DNA of 28,863 nt from Myxococcota bacterium. Lineage in GTDB: Bacteria > Myxococcota > XYA12-FULL-58-9 > JABJBS01. The stretch spans positions 1-28,863 of the forward strand of contig JAYZAY010000005.1 of NCBI GenBank assembly GCA_036339465.1, read 5' to 3'. Below the pieces are notes generated by a model. It saw nothing but the letters and a program-made list of their open reading frames with translations, did no database searches and was not told the DNA's origin. Position 1 is the stretch's first letter. Each line of letters opens with the position of its first letter. The position numbers and the translations under genes are program-made. This document shows positions 18,998-28,568 of this stretch, piece by piece.

Positions 18998-20065
18998 TTA
19001 GGCGTTTGCTGGCTTCTCTGCAACAATTCTCCAGTTTAAGTCGGCTATCTTGGCTTTTTCGGCCTCAGTCCATGATTCACCACCGGTTTGCAGTAAATTA
19101 AGCGACTCCTCTACCCATGGAGGCATGATGCGTATTTTTTCGAGGGCTCTGATGGCCTTTCGAGCCAATAAGATTAGGTCCCGTTTTTGTTCACAGATAG
19201 GCCAGGCGACACTTTTTGAGGGAGCAGAAAGGATCAGGTGAAACCCCGCTCTTTCCAGTGCCCCACAGACATCGGCAGGATACATGGATTGTGTCGCTGC
19301 CAAGGTTGGCAAATAAGATTTCTGCAAGGCCACATGTTCTTGATTATTCCAATCAAAATGTGACGTTAACAAATACTCAGAGCAAGCATACCGAGCACCA
19401 GGGATTAACACGCGGTACATTTCTCGAGCATGAGCATCCAACTCTTTTTTCTTGAAGAAAGGCCAAACGGCCTGAACAGAATAGCAACCATCAAAACTTT
19501 CTGACTCATATGCTAGCGATTCATGATGATTCCCCACTTTGTAGTGGAGCTGAGCGCTCATCTTACATTCTTCTGCCCAGCTGATCGCATTTGCAATTTG
19601 GTCTGAGTCGATATTGTATCCAGACACTTCCCCACCTGTCATAGTCGCAAAATAATACGCTATCCTTCCCCTTCCACACCCCATGTCTAAGAGATGTGAA
19701 TCCTCCGGATCCTTAAGATTTAGCTCTTTAAGAATATCTTGTTCGCATAGCAATTGGTTCCCATAGAGGCCCTCATTTTCGTCGAGCTGTGGTGGAATAT
19801 ATAGTTTTTCCAAGTCGAAAACGGAGAGCATGTTGTTTAACACTTTATAATAAGCCGCAACAGCCTTCGTCTCATCTTCTGTTTTAGTCTCTTCGCCGTC
19901 TTGCATGGTTTGAAAAAACTTGTAGGCATCGAGGCATGCATGTTTGTCTTTTTGCGACATGGTTGCCAATCGTTTTATGCCCTCAAACGATGTCTTGGCC
20001 CTATACCAATTGGCCTTCAACCCATTATTTTCGCGTTTTAAATAGTTTCCTATTGATAATGCCAT
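18998..20065 (-). CDS. Class I SAM-dependent methyltransferase, sterol C24-methyltransferase-like, 355 aa
   Basis: GAGGG RBS before ATG 20065; LLDMGCGRG, SFDGCYSVQA, EMYRVLIPG..Y..SEYLLT..FDWNN.EH, C-terminal IVAEKP. Confidence 0.8.
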   Translation of the reverse strand: MALSIGNYLKRENNGLKANWYRAKTSFEGIKRLATMSQKDKHACLDAYKFFQTMQDGEETKTEDETKAVAAYYKVLNNMLSVFDLEKLYIPPQLDENEGLYGNQLLCEQDILKELNLKDPEDSHLLDMGCGRGRIAYYFATMTGGEVSGYNIDSDQIANAISWAEECKMSAQLHYKVGNHHESLAYESESFDGCYSVQAVWPFFKKKELDAHAREMYRVLIPGARYACSEYLLTSHFDWNNQEHVALQKSYLPTLAATQSMYPADVCGALERAGFHLILSAPSKSVAWPICEQKRDLILLARKAIRALEKIRIMPPWVEESLNLLQTGGESWTEAEKAKIADLNWRIVAEKPANA

Positions 20066-20231
20066 GGCCGTTCCCTCTTCGTCGGCACTAACCCAGCACC
20101 TTGGGGTATGTAGATAGCCAAGTGTGGCATTGATCCGATTGTTCCCCTGCCAGACTCGCCCGTTAGAAATTGCTATCTTTGGACCCAAATAACATATTCA
20201 CAGATTGTGTAAATCTGTAAGGGGATCCCCA

Positions 20232-20545
20232 TTGAGTAAACCATTTTGGTCTGGAAATGGAAAAAGCCCCCACAACGATACCGACGCAGAAAACCGAATC
20301 TCTAATGTCGCCTTTGAGTGTTTTCAGCGCCTAGCTGTTGAAAGGACGACCATGAGCGATATCGTCAAGTCAGCTGGCATTACTCGTCCAACTTTGTACA
20401 AGTACTTCAAAAAAAACATGTCATTTTTGTGGCAATCCACAAAGTAGCTTACATTTTTTCTGAGTTGCTTGTTGCTCATGCAAAACAATTTGGCACCATA
20501 GAAGAGCGCATTGTAGAAACCATTATTGATGTTGTGAGTGAATAA
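20232..20545 (+). pseudogene. TetR-family regulator pseudogene (frameshifted and truncated)
   Basis: HTH TTMSDIVKSAGITRPTLYKYF. The frame breaks at an A8 run (20409-20416); the shifted frame continues HVIFVAIHKVAYIFSELLVAHAKQFGTIEERIVETIIDVVSE and stops at 20545. Confidence 0.75.
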
Positions 20546-20737
20546 TATTTTACTTGGAGGCAAAAACTAAAAGTTGATACCAACCCGCACTTTGACGATA
20601 ATTTCTCCGTGTAAAAAATCGGCAAAAAAATGTTTGTGATTAAATATCGATGTTGCTTCATCTCGTCAAAAAGACCGCGTCAATCTTTGTCATCAAGACA
20701 ATGAAAGGGCATCGGCAACTATAAAAGGATTGAAAAT

Positions 20738-21595
20738 ATGAGCTTGTTTCGTTTAATTGTTAGAGCAAGTTTCCTTCTCTTAATCCCTACTTTCGCAAGT
20801 GCCGGCGATATAGGATTAGATACCAGCGTTTATGCTTCCTACGGGTTCGCCAATGGAACCTATGATAAGGATGGCAAAAAAACGGACCTCCTCGATGGTA
20901 CCAGTGGCAGCTTTCTTTTGATCGACCTAGGTGTCAATTATCAACTTATGGATAGGCTTAAGCTCAACATTGGACTGCCCCTCGTTCAAAAATCCTTCAA
21001 GATGGAAGCAATAGGGTTAGACGAATCCACTTTTGGATTGGGTGACCCTAGCATCGGCGCTACCTACTCTCACAACATTTCCGCCGCATTCTCGGTAAGA
21101 GGCGCTCTTAGCTTCAAAATTGCTCTCGGTAAAAAAGACCATTTCAAGGCCAACGCCAGCAGGGGTGACCACCACCTAAACGCGAAATTCATTATAAGTA
21201 CCAGTCCCATCGACAATCTGGGCATCGACTTAGATGGTGGTTATATCCTCACCCTAGGTGGGCCCACCGACGGTGCCGACATGGGAGACATCATCTACAC
21301 CAACCTCTATCTAGGTTATGAAATTTCTGGTTTAACACCCCGTTTGGGTGTGCACTTCTTCACCCAAGGTGAACCGAGCAACACAACCGCTAACCTACTT
21401 CGAGAATACCCCCAACAAGGCATCAGCCTTACCTTCGACCTCGCCTACGAAATCAGCGATGGTATGACCGTCAACGCCGGCATCGGAACCCGACAAATCC
21501 ACGAAGGAACCAATCTTCCTTGGGGATTTGCGCTCATGGGGAAAAACGTTAAGTACGGCCGGTCTTTCGGACTTGGGTTCAAAGCTGAGTTTTAA
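20738..21595 (+). CDS. Outer-membrane beta-barrel protein (putative MetA-pathway/transporter-like)
   Basis: Signal peptide ending ASA; amphipathic beta strands; GLGD motif; C-terminal GLGFKAEF. Confidence 0.75.
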   Translation: MSLFRLIVRASFLLLIPTFASAGDIGLDTSVYASYGFANGTYDKDGKKTDLLDGTSGSFLLIDLGVNYQLMDRLKLNIGLPLVQKSFKMEAIGLDESTFGLGDPSIGATYSHNISAAFSVRGALSFKIALGKKDHFKANASRGDHHLNAKFIISTSPIDNLGIDLDGGYILTLGGPTDGADMGDIIYTNLYLGYEISGLTPRLGVHFFTQGEPSNTTANLLREYPQQGISLTFDLAYEISDGMTVNAGIGTRQIHEGTNLPWGFALMGKNVKYGRSFGLGFKAEF

Positions 21596-22162
21596 TCCAA
21601 ATATTCAATGAATCCCTCTCGAAAGAACCAAAAAGCTCCTTCCGCTACCTGAAAACCGGTAGAGGAGAGACACTTTTTCTTGGTTCTTACGGGGAGAGAG
21701 AGTCCCATATTGAGCGTAGCCTAGCGACTCGCGCTTCATCTTCGGATCATTTTGCGAAGCGGTGAATTCCGAGAGCCTTGGAACGGAAGTTTCCATAAGA
21801 GCCAAATCTCTTCCGTTGCTTATGTTTATAATGCAATGCGTTACAGTAAAATCAGATGAATGTCTTTTTTGGTGCCCCTACTAAGTCGCCCATAGGATCG
21901 AAGTCGCCCTGATTCATCTTGTTTATTCAAGGCGACCTGATTGAAAGGAACCTCCTTTTTTTGGGGGTTGGGTTTCCAAGGAGACACCATTGTTGTGTTT
22001 CACAGGTAATTTCGACGCACCAGCTCCTCCCACCATCCGATACTCAGCACGACAGAAGTAAATTTCCTTCGGGAATCAAGACTAGAATACTGCTACCAAC
22101 AAATCCAAATAAGTTACCTCCCTCTCTTAGTGACGGTGAAGTCCTGAAAAAGAGCGACGACC

Positions 22163-24811
22163 ATGATTAGAACACTGAACCGCATTATCCCCACCGCTTT
22201 ACGGGCATTCCAAACCCCGGTAGCACGCCCCCTTCTGCGCTCTCTTATGACCGACACCCGAGCCACAGCACTAAAGCCCTCCCTCTGGGGAGCACAGCGC
22301 TCCATGGGGCTCCCCAATAACGGAAGATGGGGAACGACTCTCCCACGCTTTGTGAGCACCACCGCCACTCTTGCACCCTTAACCCCCAAAGCACACTACG
22401 AGCGAGCCATCGCTAAAGGGAAACCCTTAGGGGATTTCCGGGACTGGCGGATTCGAACCGCCGGAGCTGACGTGAGCTTCAAAACCGAGGGAAACGGCCA
22501 AGTGTGGCCGGCGCTTGTTTTAGAGAAGATTACATTCGTAGATCCAAAACCCAGGGACCTTATTCAGGAGAACCTCCAAAACTTCACCCATGTGACCACC
22601 CTCGAGGAGTTGAACGACGTCATCGTTAAGCTGATTCAAACAGAGTCGCCTTATCTCCGTGTGACGGATACGAAGTCAAAAGCCCTCAATGAGAACCACG
22701 GTATTACCAACCTGCGCAGGCAGGCGTTTATCCGGGCGCTCCGTGAGAGCGCGCTTGGCCAGACCCAACTTTCACCCTCCGATCGGGTGAAGGCGTTGGG
22801 GGTGATTGAAACGACGAATCTGAAACTCGCCACGGGGCGGAATTATGTAATGAAGGTGGGGAGCCACACAAACTACTGGCCCTACTGGAAAAATTATATT
22901 CCCCCACTGGTGCGTCTGCTGGAGCAGCACAAGGAGGGAGATCCGGGCTGGCATCAAATCAAGAATCGAATCTCGGATATTCTGCGCCGTAAAACCGCCC
23001 ATAACAGAACGCTTGATGAGAAAGACATCGAAAAAACCATGAATTTGGCGCTGGTAATGAGGCCTATGTTCTCCAACAACATGGGGCACCGAGTCTCCAT
23101 GGCCAAAGACAGCACCACCTTCAACCCTAAATACGAGCTACTCTCCATCGCAAAAACGGGCCTCCCAGAGGGGTTTGAGGAATACGCGGGCATACAGCTG
23201 GTGCGAGAGGAGCAAGGAACCATCCGAGTGGATTTCATGAGCGAGACGGATTCAACGGCAGCGAAACTCTCGCGGAAAAAGATGGGCCAGAAGATACCCG
23301 CAGCGTTACTCGATTTTGTCGAGAGTTGGGAGGTTCCAAAATCAGAATGGAAAGACCTCAACTTTCGCGAATTCGTACCGACCGAGCGACCCCGCCGCGG
23401 CGTGCCCATGGATTGGAATAACGACGGCGAGATCAGCTTCACCAAAACAGATATCTCCTGGTGGGGACATTGTCATAACGAAGCACCCCTAAACGCCATG
23501 GACATCGATCCACAGAAGGGGGTAAGCTTTTACCGAGCGACCCCGGGACTGAACCCAGAAACGGCAATGCAATACTACAGCGCCGCAGAGATCTGGGATA
23601 TTGCGGGCGCTTTCGTTTCAGACCATGAGGGCGGTTACACCGTCGTTGGCAGTGGCAGCCAAGCCAAGGTTGACTCAACCACCTTTGTGGGAATTCGAAA
23701 CCGCGGCCGCAACACACTCTCGCTTCAATTACCCCACGGTACGGTTCAGTTGACGGCGGAGTTGGTAAAACTCGTGAACGCGCAGGGAAAGGATTTCGAC
23801 CCTAAAAAAGCTTTTCGTCCCTATATGGAAAACGACGACGGCACCTTTGATGTCAACCCGTTTTTTGCGGGGGAAAATCCGAAGATCCCCGGGCTTATTA
23901 CCATCGATGTGGCAAAGCACGAAATCAAATTGGAGACCGAGTTTATCACCTTTGCCATCAATGGGCACCGGATGAAGGCCTGGGATTCCATCTCGATTAT
24001 GCCGGGTGACAAAAAATTTATCAAAATTGGCGAGGAGATCACCTCATTAAACCCCGATGGACGTGGCGGTGAGTTGACGCAACATTTTTATAACGCGCAC
24101 TCCGAGGAGTATTACAGCGTAATTAAAGCGGTGAATCCTAACAATAACTACGTGCCCGTTGAGATTGAGACCTCCGAACCCGTTAAGATAACCGGGATCA
24201 TGCATTCTAGTGACACCGAGTTTGACTCTTCCAAAGAGCTCTTTGAGTTCTATATGGAAAATCCAGGATTGCCCAAAACATATGACACATCTCCTGGCGA
24301 GGCGGTATGGAATTATCCCGTGAACAAGGAGTCCTTCGTGATGAAGAAGGAGGCCACGAGAGTGGAAGGCGGGAAGGCGTTCACCTATCGAACCTTCGAG
24401 TTGTCCTACACCACCATGGGGGGCCCTGGTAAAAAGGTGAATTTTATTCTGAAATACAATGAAGCCGGCGAAATCGTTGCGGACCTCGGCCTCGATCCGC
24501 TTCCGGATTTCGCTTATCGCTATGACCGCTGGGTTTCGGCGCCGGTGACCTCCGATGCAAACGGCAAGACCGCGGTGAATGCGAACGCCCTTCGAAATGG
24601 ATACCTCTTAAATCGGAATGGTAACAACTTTGATGACGTTCAGACGGACTTGTGGAAGAGCCAGGCCGCCATCCTTTACGCAGGATTGAGCAACACCTCG
24701 ATAATTGGGACAGCGTTTCTTTTTGAGACCCAAGACGGTGAATTCATCCGATTCACGAATCGAGAAGATTTTTTGGCCGCCGTGGAAGCAGATAAGAAGC
24801 TTCAGAAATAG
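22163..24811 (+). CDS. 882-aa protein with a GP42/TGase-elicitor-like Cys-His catalytic domain and a long Arg/Thr/Leu-rich N-terminal extension
   Basis: SWWGHCHNEAP (C437-H438) and DTSPGEAVWNYPV (W716) parallel the W.G.CHAWAP and D...G.EVWNQPV motifs of the family. Confidence 0.65.
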   Translation: MIRTLNRIIPTALRAFQTPVARPLLRSLMTDTRATALKPSLWGAQRSMGLPNNGRWGTTLPRFVSTTATLAPLTPKAHYERAIAKGKPLGDFRDWRIRTAGADVSFKTEGNGQVWPALVLEKITFVDPKPRDLIQENLQNFTHVTTLEELNDVIVKLIQTESPYLRVTDTKSKALNENHGITNLRRQAFIRALRESALGQTQLSPSDRVKALGVIETTNLKLATGRNYVMKVGSHTNYWPYWKNYIPPLVRLLEQHKEGDPGWHQIKNRISDILRRKTAHNRTLDEKDIEKTMNLALVMRPMFSNNMGHRVSMAKDSTTFNPKYELLSIAKTGLPEGFEEYAGIQLVREEQGTIRVDFMSETDSTAAKLSRKKMGQKIPAALLDFVESWEVPKSEWKDLNFREFVPTERPRRGVPMDWNNDGEISFTKTDISWWGHCHNEAPLNAMDIDPQKGVSFYRATPGLNPETAMQYYSAAEIWDIAGAFVSDHEGGYTVVGSGSQAKVDSTTFVGIRNRGRNTLSLQLPHGTVQLTAELVKLVNAQGKDFDPKKAFRPYMENDDGTFDVNPFFAGENPKIPGLITIDVAKHEIKLETEFITFAINGHRMKAWDSISIMPGDKKFIKIGEEITSLNPDGRGGELTQHFYNAHSEEYYSVIKAVNPNNNYVPVEIETSEPVKITGIMHSSDTEFDSSKELFEFYMENPGLPKTYDTSPGEAVWNYPVNKESFVMKKEATRVEGGKAFTYRTFELSYTTMGGPGKKVNFILKYNEAGEIVADLGLDPLPDFAYRYDRWVSAPVTSDANGKTAVNANALRNGYLLNRNGNNFDDVQTDLWKSQAAILYAGLSNTSIIGTAFLFETQDGEFIRFTNREDFLAAVEADKKLQK

Positions 24812-25282
24812 AACCTGTGGGAAACCGTTCTCTAAAAACAACGCACTCAATGCACCAACCAATTGTCCCAGTTCCTCACCAATCAGGAGTGGAAAACCTC
24901 CTTATCCTTAGAAATGTCAAAATCCCCGTTTCTCGCTTTCATAAACACATTGGCGCCCCGCCAACACATGGTTTGTCGGCTAAAAAACCTAGCGGTATAT
25001 GGGGTTGGTTTCAGGATTTTTCGAGCAAAAGATAACGGCTGGCCTACGCTGTTAGGGGGATGACTAGACAGCCTTGTCGAAGTGCCAGAAATGCAACCGC
25101 TCGGTGAACTAAAAGGCAGGGTAATTTCGATTCTGTAAGGCAATGATTCAAAAAACGGCACAACCAAAATCACGGCAACAAAAATACCCCATACCCTCAA
25201 TGAGATGACCGAATTAGAACCTAGAAATCCAAATAGAAACATGCTACCAAACCCTAAGAACCATGCGTCTTTAGGAACGGAA

Positions 25283-26539
25283 ATGTCGAAAATATCTCGA
25301 ATAATTAGCCAGTTACTTGCCCTCGCTGGGCTTTCGGCTGCGATCTACCTGACACGCCTTCATTTTATCGGCAGTGGTGCAGAAAGTGTGCTCTGCAGCA
25401 CCCTCTCTGACAGCGGCTGCACTCTCGCTCTCAATTCCCCTTTCGCAACCATCGCTCATATCCCCCTCTCTCTCTTTTTGATTGGCGTTTATGCCACACT
25501 TTTCTTGGCAGGTTGGTTTTACACCGGAGCCCGCAATACACGTCCATGGGCAATCATAGCGAGCATTTTATGCGTGGTCATCCTTACCGGCGGCATTTTC
25601 TTGCTCGGCGTTATGGCTGAATCTAAAAGTTATTGCCCTCTCTGCCTCTTTATGGATGGGTTCAATCTCATTTTGAGCTTTATTTGGTTGCGTTCGGCTC
25701 TCGGGCAAGGCGGACCTATTGTCGGTGTTAAACCAATTACCATAACCACGCTTATCTTACTACTTGTGGTCTCATTGGTGGTAACCACAAAAAATCAACT
25801 ACTGACAGAATCGAGCAAATCTCAATCAACTCCAGCAACCGCAGTTCCCATTTCCACTCCCAATCATAAACTCACCGTCGAGCAATGTCAGGATGTCGAA
25901 CTCTCGGCCCTCGAGATTTCGGATTTTCTTTGCCCCTATTGTAAAAAATTAGGCTACAACCTTTCCAACGTTCTGACCGATTGCGGAGCCCGGGTCGATA
26001 AACGTTTCGTCCATTTCCCCCTAGACAAAAGCTGCAATCGCTTTCTTTCCCGTGACCTTCATCCGGGAGCGTGTCGTCTTGCCGAAGCCTCGGAATGTGC
26101 GCGAATCCAAGGTAAATTCACAAGCTTTGCTGCGGCGCTCTTCACCGAAACCCCGAAAACCGATGATGCCCTCTGGGCCCTGGCCACCAAACAGGAACTC
26201 AACCTCAAGCAATTCCAAACCTGCTTGGGAGAAAGGCAAACCCAAGACCGCGTTCGAACTGATATTGAATTGGCCCATCGGCTTGGTGTTCGCGCCACGC
26301 CTACTTTTTATATCAACGGGCGCCGTCTCGAGGGCGCTCTTTCCAAAGAGCTTCTAGAAGTAGAAATTTCGAGAGCACTGGGCAAAGACCTGCAAGAAGC
26401 GAAATTCATTTCCGGACAACCTACCACAAACGGAAGCTGGCCCACTTCCGAACCGGTCGAGGCATGTGGTGCCGAAAAATTCAGCCTGGAAATGGAAGGC
26501 TGTAGTGCTCCACAAGAGACCGATTATTTCGCTCCCTGA
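25283..26539 (+). CDS. VKOR-DsbA/thioredoxin fusion disulfide-bond formation protein
   Basis: VKOR loop Cys pair (C.......C...LNS), CPLC, then DFLCPYC, HFPLD..CN and cis-Pro motif ATPTFYINGR. Start could be 25205 or 25241. Confidence 0.9.
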   Translation: MSKISRIISQLLALAGLSAAIYLTRLHFIGSGAESVLCSTLSDSGCTLALNSPFATIAHIPLSLFLIGVYATLFLAGWFYTGARNTRPWAIIASILCVVILTGGIFLLGVMAESKSYCPLCLFMDGFNLILSFIWLRSALGQGGPIVGVKPITITTLILLLVVSLVVTTKNQLLTESSKSQSTPATAVPISTPNHKLTVEQCQDVELSALEISDFLCPYCKKLGYNLSNVLTDCGARVDKRFVHFPLDKSCNRFLSRDLHPGACRLAEASECARIQGKFTSFAAALFTETPKTDDALWALATKQELNLKQFQTCLGERQTQDRVRTDIELAHRLGVRATPTFYINGRRLEGALSKELLEVEISRALGKDLQEAKFISGQPTTNGSWPTSEPVEACGAEKFSLEMEGCSAPQETDYFAP

Positions 26540-27090
26540 AACCCTTTCCCTATCCTGAGTAGTGCCTCATTCAACGTCCAAGAAATTTTCATGGGCCGAC
26601 TCCGGTTGATTGCGCATAACCTAAAAGTTAACCGGGGCTCACTCACGCCAATCCTAAGGTATGAGTCGATTTTTCGCAATCGCGTTGAAAGAGAAACCAA
26701 GTACAAATGAGATTCAATGGCCCCGCGATGGAAACCCAGACGGCGTAGATATACCCTCTACCAAAGTAGCTACCACTCACATAAATATTGAGTAAGAAAA
26801 AGTCAGAACCAAAGCAAAACCAAGAACAAGCCATAAAAGAGAGAAAGAGGAGCCACGACATCGCCCATTCCATTCATCGATTACCTCACCACCAGAGCCC
26901 ACCTGGGCGCTTCGGAGGCAGTGCAACACCGCCCAGTATACCAATGAGCCCCGAGAACAAGGTAACCACCGCCGGTCTGATGGGCAATGGGCACCTGGCT
27001 TTTGAGAACAAGACTCCCCAGGCGACAGTACAAATAGTAGCCGATGGGTTTCTCGACACCCCGACGCTTAAGCCATCGCTCGCGGATACA
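26540..27090 (-). pseudogene. Decayed CDP-alcohol phosphatidyltransferase-family gene
   Basis: Fragments in shifting frames: LKRRGVEKPIGYYLY (from 27072), LPIRPAVVTLFSGLIGILGGVAL (from 26987), GEVID/GMGDVVAPLSLFYGL (from 26890). It lies directly downstream of an NTP transferase; the end coordinate is approximate. Confidence 0.55.
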
Positions 27091-27092
27091 AG

Positions 27093-27863
27093 TCAGCCTC
27101 TGTGCTGGGATTGTGATGCCTCTTTGCCACTCTGGAGAATTTTGTGGCAGGATCGGGCGTATTCAAGATCCGTGGCGTTGTCCACTTCAGACCAGAGCCG
27201 GCCTTCAACACCAATGCTGCCCATCTGCCAGCCATGTTCCTCGAGCATCACGTGGTAGACATCTTCGTAGCATGCGTCGGTACGGCCTTCCCGATATACA
27301 ACACGTTCAATACTCTCGAAAAGAAGGTCGGCATCGGCTGCGCCAATCTTTTCGACGCCAATGGATTCACCCTGAGCCTCGTCTATTTCCAACCATTTCC
27401 CAAAAGCCAAAATCTGTCCGGTATCACTGATTTTGGCTTTCATCGCTTCTATATCCCGGGCCGCCCCCAAATCGATCACAGCTACCGAAGGTAGGGAATC
27501 CTGGACAAGGTGGCGAAGAATACCGGTATCGAGCACCAAGTCCCCATCCATTTTTATAAAGTCTGATTTTCCTATGGCATCCCGCGCAACAAAAACGGAA
27601 TGTGCGTTGTTGGTGGTTTCAAATTCAGAATTGAACACGGTGCGTACGGGGATTTCTGACGGGGTCCTGTCGAGCCAGCTACCCAGGGTGTCGGAGCGGT
27701 AGCCGGTGACGACAATCACTTCATCCATCCCAACTTCAGCGCATTGATCGATGATTCGTCCCAGCAATGTCGTTCCCCCAATGTTCATCAACGCTTTGGG
27801 GCGGTCCGTCGTGAGAGGCATCAATCGCGCTCCCATGCCAGCGGCAAGGATCAGTCCTTTCAA
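27093..27863 (-). CDS. NTP transferase, phosphocholine/inositol-phosphate cytidylyltransferase (LicC/IPCT-like)
   Basis: ILAAGMGARL.P.T..RPKAL, VTGY, TNNAHS, DGD, GESIG, YED and WSEVDN motifs; GGAG RBS with TTG start. Confidence 0.88.
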   Translation of the reverse strand: MKGLILAAGMGARLMPLTTDRPKALMNIGGTTLLGRIIDQCAEVGMDEVIVVTGYRSDTLGSWLDRTPSEIPVRTVFNSEFETTNNAHSVFVARDAIGKSDFIKMDGDLVLDTGILRHLVQDSLPSVAVIDLGAARDIEAMKAKISDTGQILAFGKWLEIDEAQGESIGVEKIGAADADLLFESIERVVYREGRTDACYEDVYHVMLEEHGWQMGSIGVEGRLWSEVDNATDLEYARSCHKILQSGKEASQSQHRG

Positions 27864-28339
27864 TTGAGTTCTCCTTTACCCCATAAACGCGTTCCGTGGG
27901 CCACAACATGCAACCGATGCTACCAGCACACCGCTAGGATAACAAGCCAACCGCTAGGACTTACGGCGAGCCTTTTTACGCACAATCGTACAACCTTGAC
28001 CACCTTTAATCCTCACTGACTCAATAGAACCCGTAGAGCGAATGACTAATGATAAAAGGGAATGCGCCCTCTGCTTCAAGAAAGCTTCCTATGGCAATGG
28101 CCGCAAAAAAGACAATGCAGTCCATGCGTCCCTCATATAAACCAAGTATTAAAGACAACTGAAAACGCCAAAACTCATATAAAACCACAGAAATTCGCTC
28201 TCAAGATCAAAAAAGCGAAAACTGGAACCGGATTCGCTCCCCTCCTTCACCGACAACCACCTCTCAACACATTCCCAACCAATCTCTCGCATCCTCGGAA
28301 ACACCACTTATCCATCCATGCCTTCACTATATCCGGCTA

Positions 28340-28568
28340 CACATGGAAAGCCCCAGACCCCGTCCACCCCCCTCCGGCGGGTTTTGCGGCAAGAAATCTG
28401 CGCGGCAGTTCCCTCCAAGATAGCCTCCTACAGGCCATCTCCGTAATCACCAACGGTAGCCAAAACACCCCCATGACCCTCTTTGTCCCTAGGTTTACAG
28501 GAAAGATGAATACATCCATAAAAGCGCTCATCACCACTGTATTTGAAGGCTTCAGTACTCCCAATTAG
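28340..28568 (+). pseudogene. Possible remnant of a class I cytochrome c C-terminal half
   Basis: PPPAGF...AISVITNGSQNTPMTLF resembles P.P.DF...I..G..GT.MP.F; no CxxCH motif found. Confidence 0.25.

Noticed and set aside
18371..19026. ORFs 18371-18802, 18687-18908 and 18778-19026 as RiPP maturation genes
   Set aside because: No enzyme motifs and mutually overlapping; cannot be supported.
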